Shown: one piece after another, positions 8,985 to 16,929 of the stretch
How the letters are laid out: each line of letters starts with the position of its first letter
Numbering within the stretch: the stretch's first letter is position 1
Assembly: GCA_963736195.1 (NCBI GenBank)
Contig: CAVTNP010000004.1
Location: 1,229,153 to 1,293,152 of the forward strand
Reading direction: 5' to 3'
Length of the DNA stretch: 64,000 nt
From: Ignavibacteriota bacterium
GTDB lineage: Bacteria; Bacteroidota; Ignavibacteria; Palsa-1295
Translations under genes and position numbers: made by a program
Notes under the pieces: model-generated
What the model saw: the letters and a program-made list of their open reading frames with translations, nothing else
What the model was told of the DNA's origin: nothing
Databases searched by the model: none

Positions 8985-9356
8985 TTGCCATCGAACATGC
9001 CGACCTACGAATACCGCTGCAAGTTCTGCCATCAAGTATCTGACGCATTCCAACGCATGTCGGATGCCCCACTCCTTAAATGCGCCCATTGTGGCAAGGA
9101 CGGGCTGGAGCGCGTGGTCTCCGGTGGCGCGGGCGTCATCTACAAAGGTGAGGGATGGTACGTAACCGACTACTCCAAAAAGTCCTCTGGTGGCAGGGAA
9201 ACGGAAGGCAAGTCTCAAACCAAGTCTGATGCTTCTAAGCCTGATGCAGCTAAGCCTGATGCAGCTAAGCTTAACAGCCCTAAGCCAGATACCCCAAAAA
9301 CCGAAACTACATCCGCCGAGACAAAGTTCGACCGACCCTATTTCCAAATGAAATAG
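8985..9356 (+). CDS. FmdB-family zinc-ribbon protein with low-complexity Lys/Pro/Asp/Ala-rich tail
   Basis: MPTYEYRCKFCHQVSDAFQRMSDAPLLKCAHCGKDGLERVVS has two CxxC pairs and the MPxYEYxC start. The tail carries the 15-nt tandem repeat gcagctaagcctgat (KPDAAKPDAAK). Confidence 0.6.
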   Translation: MPSNMPTYEYRCKFCHQVSDAFQRMSDAPLLKCAHCGKDGLERVVSGGAGVIYKGEGWYVTDYSKKSSGGRETEGKSQTKSDASKPDAAKPDAAKLNSPKPDTPKTETTSAETKFDRPYFQMK

Positions 9357-9527
9357 ATGCCATTTCTCTCGGAAAAAGCGGATGGATTGAGCATCCTTGC
9401 AACGGAGATGGAATAATTCGATAAACTCCTGAGGATTGCCGCACTTTTTCCACGGTGGTTGCTGTTGTCCGCTCCTGTTTACTCGATATTCGGTTCATAT
9501 TTTAATTACGACAGAAAGTTTGATTCT

Positions 9528-11666
9528 ATGCCAGTAATGACTAAGATGCGCGATTCGATGCCGGTGGTTTTTGCCGTGCTCGCCGGCATCTTCCTGATCA
9601 TGATCATCTTCCAATGGGGCGGCCAGGGGACTATTTTTTCTCCTAAAGGCGAAACCGGGGTCCTCGGGACTGTCAACGGTTACCCGATCACGCAGAAGGA
9701 TTACAACAAATCCCTGGATGCGATAACCTCTGAAATGAAAGCGAAAGATAAGGACTCGCTGGAAACTTTGTCCGAGAAATCAGAAGCAGAAGCAGAGGAT
9801 AACGCGTGGGATCAATGCGTTTCCAATGCGATCATGTTGCAAAGCGCGGACAAGATGGGCATCATGGTCACCAACGATGAAGTTCGCGACATGCTGTTTA
9901 ATAGCCCTCCAGCTGACATCAAAAAAGCGCTGACAGACTCGACCGGGCATTTCGATCAGCAACTGTATTTTAAAGAGCTTCGAGATCCTCACAACGATTC
10001 CATCGTGCGCGTCATGGAAGAAAATGCACGAGATCAAATTCGTCAAATGAAATGGCAGCAATCCATGGCCGCCACCGTTCGAGTTACCGATACCGAAGCA
10101 TTCCTCCGATACATGTCCGATAGCGCCAAAGCGATCGTGCAGGTCATCAAGATCCTTCCGCAGCAGAACCCTCAAATGGGTGGTAGTGTATCCGATCAGG
10201 AAATTCAATCCTATTATGACACGCATTCGTGGTTGTACCCTCAGCCGGAGTTGCGTAGGTTCAAGTTTGTCCGATTCCCTCTCATACCGAACGCTCGCGA
10301 CACAGCATTGGTCATGGAGACAGCAAATACTCTGAAGTCGCGCCTGGCGGAAGCCCCCATGGACAAGATCGATACAGTGGCAAGAGAACTCTGTCAGGAT
10401 TATAGCGACCAGCCGTTTGCGCCACGACATGTCATCACTATGATGGAATTAGCTGACGACACATCCTTAATGTCGGCCAAGGCGGGTTATGTTGCGGTCG
10501 CGAATGTGAGCGGAAAAATAACGGCGCTCCGAGTGCTTCAGGTATTCGATACATTAGGAGACACGTTGTTCCGCGCTCGACATCTTACCGTCGAATATCC
10601 GCAATCCGTGATCACTCCCACCCAGCAAGAGAAGGATAGCCTGCGGGCCGTTGCAGACCAAATTCTTGGACAGCTTAGAGCAGGAGCCAACTTCGCAGAA
10701 ATCGCTCGTACCCGCTCGACAGATCCCCGAACATCGAACAAAGGTGGTGATATGGGTTGGCAGCACCTGACCCTGTATGCTCCTTATATGCAGGAGGGAA
10801 TTCGAACTGCAAAGCCCGGTGATTTGCTGGGACCGTTTGAATCGCCGCGAGGGTACGATATTGCGCAGTTAGTGCGTAGTGCACGAAAGGCTTGGGCCGT
10901 CGTGGGTGTTCCCTTGCAGGTTAAGCCGAGCCATCAAACGCTCGATCTCGAATCTCAGATGGCCAACATCTTTCGAGAACAGGCACAGAAAAATGGCTTT
11001 GACCAGACCGCTACTTCTTCTGGCGATCATGTCATCACGGATGCCCCTCCTGCCACCCGTAAAAGCTCGCCGGTTTTTGGAAGTCATCTTTTTGTAGATT
11101 GGATCTTCAACGCATCTAAGGGAGATATCTCGCAGCCCTTCCGGCTCGTGAAGACAGGTGCAATTATCGTTGCACAACTTACGGATATCGTTCCGGCCGG
11201 CCCGAAACCTTTCGCGGAGGTTAAACAGCAAATTGGCCAGAGTCTTGCGCTCCAAAAGGCTGTTGCATCGCTCGCACCGCGTGCTCAGCAAGTGCAAACT
11301 ATTGTTGCTTCCTCCGGCGATCTTTCTGCCCCGGCAACAACCTTATCTGACCCATCTCTAACCCCTGTGACCGTGTTAATGGGACCAACAGAATCCGTGA
11401 ATGGATTGCCAAGCGCTGAGTATGTTGTAAATAACTGGGCGTTTTCGGCACAGCCTGGATCTGTTAGCCCGATCCTCAAGGGTGAGCATGGATATTACAT
11501 TGCAAAACTGATGGGACGAAGTATTCCAACCCAGAAGCAATTTGCAGACGCAAAGCTAGCGATAGTAAAGCAGATCACCCAGGAAAGAGAGCAGCGACTG
11601 CTTATGGAATGGATAAGCAATCAAAAGGAGCACGCAACGATCGAGGACTTTCGCTTGAGGAAGTAG
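9528..11666 (+). CDS. ppiD: Periplasmic chaperone / peptidyl-prolyl cis-trans isomerase, PpiD/SurA-like (membrane-anchored, parvulin domain)
   Basis: N-terminal TM helix VVFAVLAGIFLIMIIF. A parvulin PPIase domain lies around FAEIARTRSTDPRTSNKGGDMGW. Length is ~700 aa. The start is among Mets at 9528-9560; the ORF-track start at 9459 is probably too early. Confidence 0.7.
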   Translation: MPVMTKMRDSMPVVFAVLAGIFLIMIIFQWGGQGTIFSPKGETGVLGTVNGYPITQKDYNKSLDAITSEMKAKDKDSLETLSEKSEAEAEDNAWDQCVSNAIMLQSADKMGIMVTNDEVRDMLFNSPPADIKKALTDSTGHFDQQLYFKELRDPHNDSIVRVMEENARDQIRQMKWQQSMAATVRVTDTEAFLRYMSDSAKAIVQVIKILPQQNPQMGGSVSDQEIQSYYDTHSWLYPQPELRRFKFVRFPLIPNARDTALVMETANTLKSRLAEAPMDKIDTVARELCQDYSDQPFAPRHVITMMELADDTSLMSAKAGYVAVANVSGKITALRVLQVFDTLGDTLFRARHLTVEYPQSVITPTQQEKDSLRAVADQILGQLRAGANFAEIARTRSTDPRTSNKGGDMGWQHLTLYAPYMQEGIRTAKPGDLLGPFESPRGYDIAQLVRSARKAWAVVGVPLQVKPSHQTLDLESQMANIFREQAQKNGFDQTATSSGDHVITDAPPATRKSSPVFGSHLFVDWIFNASKGDISQPFRLVKTGAIIVAQLTDIVPAGPKPFAEVKQQIGQSLALQKAVASLAPRAQQVQTIVASSGDLSAPATTLSDPSLTPVTVLMGPTESVNGLPSAEYVVNNWAFSAQPGSVSPILKGEHGYYIAKLMGRSIPTQKQFADAKLAIVKQITQEREQRLLMEWISNQKEHATIEDFRLRK

Positions 11667-11700
11667 ATCGGGTATGGCGGTCGTGTGATCGGATCACGAT

Positions 11701-12447
11701 TCAGGGATTTGGCGTAAGACTAGCGGAGGGTAATGCCTGTGAACTGCGCTCAGCCTGGAGTTCAAAGTGCAGGCCATCGCCATTCGCGTGAACATCTCGA
11801 GGATCGCGGGCATCGCCCAAAACAAATAGACTCTCGCCCTCCTCAACGGCTTCTCCCGCCAGGTGAACGAGCCAATCCATGCCGAAGATCGATTTGAGCC
11901 AACCACTTGCAAAGAAGTGCTGAATTTTGTCACGATCATCCTCAACAATGTGGTAAAGGTGGGTTGGCAAATGCGAAAAGCGCACAAGAAAGTGCTTGTG
12001 ATCTTCGCTGGTGAGCGGCAGATCGACCTCAGCTCCGAGTAGATCCAAGGGGATATATTCGTGCTCAAATGAACCAACTGAAGCAGCGAGCATCGCATCC
12101 GCGATCTCTCCATGAGAGATGGTAAGCGCCTCAAAATAGATCTCGTCGAAGGCTTCTTCCGGTTGTACACGACCATTGAACGCACCAAATTCCTCGCTTA
12201 TGATATACGCGCGCATGTCATAACCAAGACGAATGCCCTTCGGAATTAACAATGAGAACGGGAATGGAATTGTCCCGCGAGCATCGCGGTCCGCTCGCAT
12301 CAGCGGTACTGTTCCTGAATCTTCAACGCTTTGAGCTGCGCAATTGCTTCCAGCAGTCATAACGATCGCTATCGATAGAACTGAAAGCGCCCGCACATGC
12401 TTAAAGTTAACCACGAGTTCCCTTCGTGGATGTGTGATCAGTTGCAA
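11701..12447 (-). CDS. Hypothetical secreted protein
   Basis: Signal-peptide-like VRALSVLSIAIVMTAGSNCAAQ. No motif recognised. The called start overlaps the glycerate kinase 3' end; a GTG at ~12414 would shorten the overlap. Confidence 0.4.
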   Translation of the reverse strand: MQLITHPRRELVVNFKHVRALSVLSIAIVMTAGSNCAAQSVEDSGTVPLMRADRDARGTIPFPFSLLIPKGIRLGYDMRAYIISEEFGAFNGRVQPEEAFDEIYFEALTISHGEIADAMLAASVGSFEHEYIPLDLLGAEVDLPLTSEDHKHFLVRFSHLPTHLYHIVEDDRDKIQHFFASGWLKSIFGMDWLVHLAGEAVEEGESLFVLGDARDPRDVHANGDGLHFELQAERSSQALPSASLTPNP

Positions 12448-13588
12448 GTACGCTTTGCAGAGACTCGACTGCTAACGGAATGACTTTTTCGAGACGCGCG
12501 AGCATGTCACGACGCTTCTCTTCCGTGCTCGATCCTTCTGTGAGCGGACTCTGAAAGATTTGAACATTCGATAAGTAAAAACATGATTCCTGAACCGTCC
12601 CATTTTCGTTAGTCGGCAAGTGGCTGTTGGATTTTCCTTCCGTTACGATGATCGCTCGCCGCTTTATCCTGGACCGTGTAAATTCCATAAACTCGGACAT
12701 TGCAGAGTTTGCAAGTGCTTCGCGTGAGGGCGTAAGAACGATCATTCCTGAAAACTCGCCTCGGTCGATCGCCTCCTTTATTCTCGAGGCCTCTAACACA
12801 AGTGACCATCCATCATGGATCTCGGCTCCAAGCAAAGCGGTAAGTCCAAACTCCACGGCACTGGAACTCAGTTCGGCTATGGATGGACGAATACCCACAT
12901 CGCGCTGTACGATCTCCTCAAGATGCTTCAGGCTATCGAGGTGCAAAGAGCTTTCCGGCACCGTGGGTGATGCGCGCTCTGCTTTGCCATCTGGATCATT
13001 AACACTTCGGGCAATAAAGATCCTTGAGCTAAGCAGAGAAAAGCTTCTGCCGGAAGCATCTACATGCATAACATCCAGCGGATCGACCCCCGGTTTAGTG
13101 AAATCCAGTTCGTTCTTCTCCGAATTTAAGAAACGAATACCAAGTGCCGCCGCCGCACCGAGACCGGCATCGTAAGCAATTGGTTCCTTAAGGCCAAGTA
13201 GAATGGAAAACGCTCCTTCGTCTAACGCATCCTGAATGAGCTGTCCGATTCCAGCGGTCGTGCCGGGATCACCGGGACGCGCCACTCCAGCAAGGCGAGC
13301 CATCTCGATCACAGCGAGTTTTCCATCCTCGCCTGCAAATCCAAGCGGAACGACTACATTCTCCCCGTTCGCTCCGGACGCCTCAACCTCGAGGAATGAA
13401 CCGAGCGTGGTTGAAACAAGGAAGTCAATGGTTCCTCGTCCACCATCGACCATCGGAAGCTGAACGAGATTCGAACTGTTGAGCGTACGGTCATGAGCGC
13501 GCACAAGGCGAGCAAGCTGCGATGCAGCGTCCGTTGAGTCGCAGATCGCTGGGATGGGCAGTGTGAGCAGTAGTAGTTTGTTCGGCAT
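12407..13588 (-). CDS. glxK: Glycerate kinase (GlxK/GarK family)
   Basis: PMVDGGRGTIDFL, VIEMARLAGVARPGDPGTTAGIGQLIQDALDEGAFSILLGL and family-typical length of 393 aa. Confidence 0.75.
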   Translation of the reverse strand: MPNKLLLLTLPIPAICDSTDAASQLARLVRAHDRTLNSSNLVQLPMVDGGRGTIDFLVSTTLGSFLEVEASGANGENVVVPLGFAGEDGKLAVIEMARLAGVARPGDPGTTAGIGQLIQDALDEGAFSILLGLKEPIAYDAGLGAAAALGIRFLNSEKNELDFTKPGVDPLDVMHVDASGRSFSLLSSRIFIARSVNDPDGKAERASPTVPESSLHLDSLKHLEEIVQRDVGIRPSIAELSSSAVEFGLTALLGAEIHDGWSLVLEASRIKEAIDRGEFSGMIVLTPSREALANSAMSEFMEFTRSRIKRRAIIVTEGKSNSHLPTNENGTVQESCFYLSNVQIFQSPLTEGSSTEEKRRDMLARLEKVIPLAVESLQSVLATDHTSTKGTRG

Positions 13589-13629
13589 GGTTGTCTTCGA
13601 TTAAAACCTATGGAGCGATAAACAAGCAG

Positions 13630-15231
13630 CTACCGATCCAAGATAAATGTTCCTTGAGATGGGAACGGCCCACGAAGGCGATAGTCACCAAGCATATACT
13701 CATCCACGAAGGTGTAGCGTGCGTTCAATCCGGTGTATTGCCAGATTTCATAGGGCTTTTGCATCGCTTCCATAGGATGGCTATCGATTAGGTCCGGCTG
13801 GCCGAGTGCAATATACACCCGGCCTCGGTCAGTCTTCCATCCAGGTTGATAACTGGAACCGAAATGAGCATTTGCGTAAGCGACGCGCGTGTAGAATACT
13901 TCCATTGGCCGATTTACGTCCTGCGCCGATGATTGTGATCCGTTTGCTGACATGAACTTTCGATTCCAAAACGCGATGATCGCACTACGCTTCTGTTTTG
14001 GGGTACGCGCAGCTAGAAGTGAGTCCTCCTCGGTGGGATCAGCGATAAACCGCAATTGCTCAATTGCTTGATCGAGGTCTTTTGCAGTTTGCGGAATTCC
14101 TCTGGCAATGCGAGCCTGGATGTTTCGATCCACTTTGAGCATAGCTCGGCCATCGAGAGCCGCAGGATCGGTCAGGGTTGTATCGGCAACAGAGGGAAGG
14201 ATATACATGCGTACGGTATAATGGCTCTGCCAAAGTTCATCAAATCGTAGTGGGATCAGAAGCGGCATTTCAGGAATCATTGTTGGTGCCGTCATGCCAA
14301 CCGAGCCGGCGTGGACGGTTCTGAACGTTGAAGAAGATTTCTCGATCACAATCGATTGCTTGGATGCTTCCTCATCGGTCGGTTGTTCCTTCTGCATGAT
14401 TTCAGCTACCACTCCAAGTGTTGAATCGGCAGGCAGATCATACAACTCCGCAAACAAACCCGCATCATGGTTGATACTTCCATCCTGGATGGCACCAGTC
14501 TCGACTATTTCTCCGCCCATTTCAGTGCCGCCGGCGCTTTCAGCCCATTCCGACACATCGGAACCGATCGCCGGAATGATTCTCATACCCTTTCGATCGC
14601 GATAGATCAGAAGATCGCTTACAGAAGTTGTATTCGGCGGGAAGCTCCTTAAAATAAAGGTGACCGTTGTATCAAAATCGCGCCGCGATGACAGATCGTG
14701 TACGTTGAGGCTCATTTCTAATTTTCTGGACGGATATTCACCTCCAGGCAACATCTGAAATGAGATTTGTTCCGCATCTGCTCGCATCGCCGACTTCATC
14801 GCGGGCGATGAAGCATTCATCGTGGGCGATGAAGATGAGGATGCGAACGCTCCGTGCGAAACGCGCGCCTTATGCTCGTCCAATGTTTCGAGCACATTAT
14901 ACGATTCATATCGATCGATCAGAATGCGTTCGCCATCGCGAATGGTGATTCGCACAGCATAATCTGCCACATACTTATCAACCGCATACAGAAACTCTAA
15001 TGAAGCATAGGGCACAGCGATGTAAAGATCCATTCGAGTGCTATCGAAGGTTTTTCCGGAGTCTTCGAAACTGGATCCTTTGAACGCCAGCAGATCGAAC
15101 ATTGCGCGCGGCACTTTAGCTGTCAATTCTTCGCTTCGGAATTCAGATGGCATTCTTCTTTGTGCGATCAGAGATGCCGCATTGCACAAAAAGAGAACTG
15201 CAAGGAATATGCTGAGGAGCCTGCGGGTCAT
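13630..15231 (-). CDS. GWxTD domain-containing secreted protein
   Basis: Signal peptide MTRRLLSIFLAVLFLCNAASLIAQ (Met at 15231). The C-terminal motif GWKTDRGRVYIALGQPD matches the GWxTD family signature. It contains an in-frame palindromic-repeat insertion (SSSSPTMNASSPAMKS). Confidence 0.65.
   Translation of the reverse strand: MTRRLLSIFLAVLFLCNAASLIAQRRMPSEFRSEELTAKVPRAMFDLLAFKGSSFEDSGKTFDSTRMDLYIAVPYASLEFLYAVDKYVADYAVRITIRDGERILIDRYESYNVLETLDEHKARVSHGAFASSSSSPTMNASSPAMKSAMRADAEQISFQMLPGGEYPSRKLEMSLNVHDLSSRRDFDTTVTFILRSFPPNTTSVSDLLIYRDRKGMRIIPAIGSDVSEWAESAGGTEMGGEIVETGAIQDGSINHDAGLFAELYDLPADSTLGVVAEIMQKEQPTDEEASKQSIVIEKSSSTFRTVHAGSVGMTAPTMIPEMPLLIPLRFDELWQSHYTVRMYILPSVADTTLTDPAALDGRAMLKVDRNIQARIARGIPQTAKDLDQAIEQLRFIADPTEEDSLLAARTPKQKRSAIIAFWNRKFMSANGSQSSAQDVNRPMEVFYTRVAYANAHFGSSYQPGWKTDRGRVYIALGQPDLIDSHPMEAMQKPYEIWQYTGLNARYTFVDEYMLGDYRLRGPFPSQGTFILDR
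14786..14836. repeat. Palindromic 18-mer family copies (TTCATCG-N4-CGATGAA) inside GWxTD gene
   Basis: cttcatcgcgggcgatgaagca ttcatcgtgggcgatgaaga. Translated on the minus strand as SSPTMNASSPAMK. Confidence 0.8.
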
Positions 15232-15235
15232 CGCT

Positions 15236-16804
15236 TCAGATAAGCACAGCTTCGGCACATAGCTCATCGTTCTCGACGCCTGTGAAGCGAGCTCCGATCA
15301 TCTCTCCGAGCGCAAGCTCCCTGTTAGACCTTACGCGAACTTCGCCATCGACTTCCGGCGCCTGTGTGGCGGTGCGACCGTAATAGACTCCGCGATCATC
15401 AAGGTCTTTACGTTCGATCAATATTTTGTCTATGGAACCAAGCTTCGTCGCAGATTCTACCTTTAAGAGATTCTTCGCAAGAAATATCTCCGCCTGAATA
15501 TCATACAGACGCGCTTGCCGACGGCGCTTCTCCTCTGCCGGCACCGGATCGCCCAGCGGATGCGCCGTCGTGCCATCCTCTTGACTGTACGTAAAAACAC
15601 CGAGATGGTCAAACTGCATTTGCTCTACGAATTCCTCCAGTTCCTCAAATTCGCGATCGCCCTCTGCAGGATAGCCTGTGATCAGCGTCGTGCGCAGAGC
15701 AATACCAGGAACGCGATCGCGAATTGTGCCGATCAGTTCTTCGGTGGCCCGGCGGGTAATGCCGCGGCGCATCGATTTCAACACAGCAGTCGATGCATGC
15801 TGTACCGGTATATCCAAATACGGAACGATCTTTTCCTCGCTCGCCATGACATCCAGCAGATCGAGTGGGAATTGTGCCGGATACGCGTACATCAGGCGTA
15901 TCCATTCGACGCCCTTTACTTTTGCCAATCTCGAAGCAAGCTTTGCGATACTTCGTTCGCCATAAAGGTCGAGACCATAGTTGGTGGAGTCCTGCGCTAT
16001 GAGAACGATCTCTTTCACGCCCCTCATCGTCGGCGATGAGGTCATCGTCGGCGATGAAATCGTCGGCGATGAGTTTGATGCGAGCATCATGGCCTCGAAT
16101 TCCAGCTCTTCGATGCTACGCGAACGATGGCTGCCGCGCATGATAGGGATAGCACAAAACGAACACGGATGGTCACAGCCTTCCGAGATCTTCAAGTATG
16201 CATAATGGTGCGGCGTCGAAAGCTTCCGCTCCAAAAGTAACGAGTCGTGGGAACCGCAATGCATCGCCGACGATGCTTCGTTACTCGTTACTCGTCCACT
16301 CGTTACTTGTTGGAGTATTTGTTCGAAGTCCTGCGTGCCGAAATAGCGATCCACGACGGGCCCAGCGTTTGCGCTGAACTCCGCCTCCAACTCACTGCGA
16401 TAACGTTCCGATAGACATCCAGCCACATAGACGTTTTTTACAACGCCAGCTTTTTTCAGTTCCAGAGCTTCTAAGATCGCGCTGATGGATTCTTTTTTTG
16501 CATGGTCGATGAATCCGCACGTGTTGATGATCACCGTCTCTGCCGGTGATGCATCCGTTTCCTGGGTGATCTCATCGCTGACGATCTCATCGCTGACGAT
16601 CTCATCGCCGACGATCTCATCGCTGACGATGAAGCCACGCCGCGTAAGCATACCGGCGATCACTTCGGAATCCACCGTGTTCTTCTCACAGCCTAACGAA
16701 ACCACGCAGACCTTGCCTAACGCCCTTGGGCGGTCGTTAATGGCCATCGTGGGGTCTTTAGGCGCCGTCACTGGCAGCGTAGAGTTTGTTGCGCTTATCT
16801 TCAT
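15236..16804 (-). CDS. rimO: Ribosomal protein S12 methylthiotransferase RimO (radical SAM MTTase), carrying three in-frame low-complexity insertions
   Basis: VVSLGCEKNTVDSEVIAGML...INTCGFIDHAKKESI is the MTTase N-domain. The radical SAM core is ISEGCDHPCSFCAIP. A C-terminal TRAM-like region follows. Inserts are VSDEIVGDEIVSDEIVSDEI, VTSGRVTSNEASSAMH and SSPTISSPTMTSSPTM, about 80 extra residues relative to a canonical ~440 aa RimO. Confidence 0.8.
   Translation of the reverse strand: MKISATNSTLPVTAPKDPTMAINDRPRALGKVCVVSLGCEKNTVDSEVIAGMLTRRGFIVSDEIVGDEIVSDEIVSDEITQETDASPAETVIINTCGFIDHAKKESISAILEALELKKAGVVKNVYVAGCLSERYRSELEAEFSANAGPVVDRYFGTQDFEQILQQVTSGRVTSNEASSAMHCGSHDSLLLERKLSTPHHYAYLKISEGCDHPCSFCAIPIMRGSHRSRSIEELEFEAMMLASNSSPTISSPTMTSSPTMRGVKEIVLIAQDSTNYGLDLYGERSIAKLASRLAKVKGVEWIRLMYAYPAQFPLDLLDVMASEEKIVPYLDIPVQHASTAVLKSMRRGITRRATEELIGTIRDRVPGIALRTTLITGYPAEGDREFEELEEFVEQMQFDHLGVFTYSQEDGTTAHPLGDPVPAEEKRRRQARLYDIQAEIFLAKNLLKVESATKLGSIDKILIERKDLDDRGVYYGRTATQAPEVDGEVRVRSNRELALGEMIGARFTGVENDELCAEAVLI
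16020..16080. repeat. Palindromic 18-mer family copies inside rimO (site 1)
   Basis: ctcatcgtcggcgatgag gtcatcgtcggcgatgaa atcgtcggcgatgag. Translated SSPTISSPTMTSSPTM. Confidence 0.8.
16255..16310. repeat. Palindrome gcatcgccgacgatgc plus tandem cgttactcg repeats inside rimO (site 2)
   Basis: gcatcgccgacgatgc ttcgttactcgttactcgtccactcgttact. Translated VTSGRVTSNEASSAMH. Confidence 0.7.
16553..16633. repeat. 15-nt tandem repeat x5 of the palindromic family inside rimO (site 3)
   Basis: gatctcatcgctgac repeated in tandem (catcgctgacgatg is a near-palindrome). Translated IVSDE/IVGDE x5. Confidence 0.85.
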
Positions 16805-16929
16805 GGATGCTCTAACACTGCCGCATACGCTCCGTTCCTATTCCTGCGCGAGCTAATTTGTCCTTTTTTGCCTTTCGATAGATTTTCGGAGGTATATTGT
16901 ATTCATATTATTAATCGTCCCATTAGCCT

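Noticed and set aside
12627-13175. 182-aa plus-strand ORF
   Set aside because: Antisense to glycerate kinase (strong motif support). Ser/Arg-rich shadow ORF.
16553-16633. Possible CRISPR array, considered because of regularly spaced 15-nt direct repeats
   Set aside because: The units are contiguous with no spacers and only 15 nt long. They lie in frame inside rimO and belong to the palindromic family. No cas genes are in the window.
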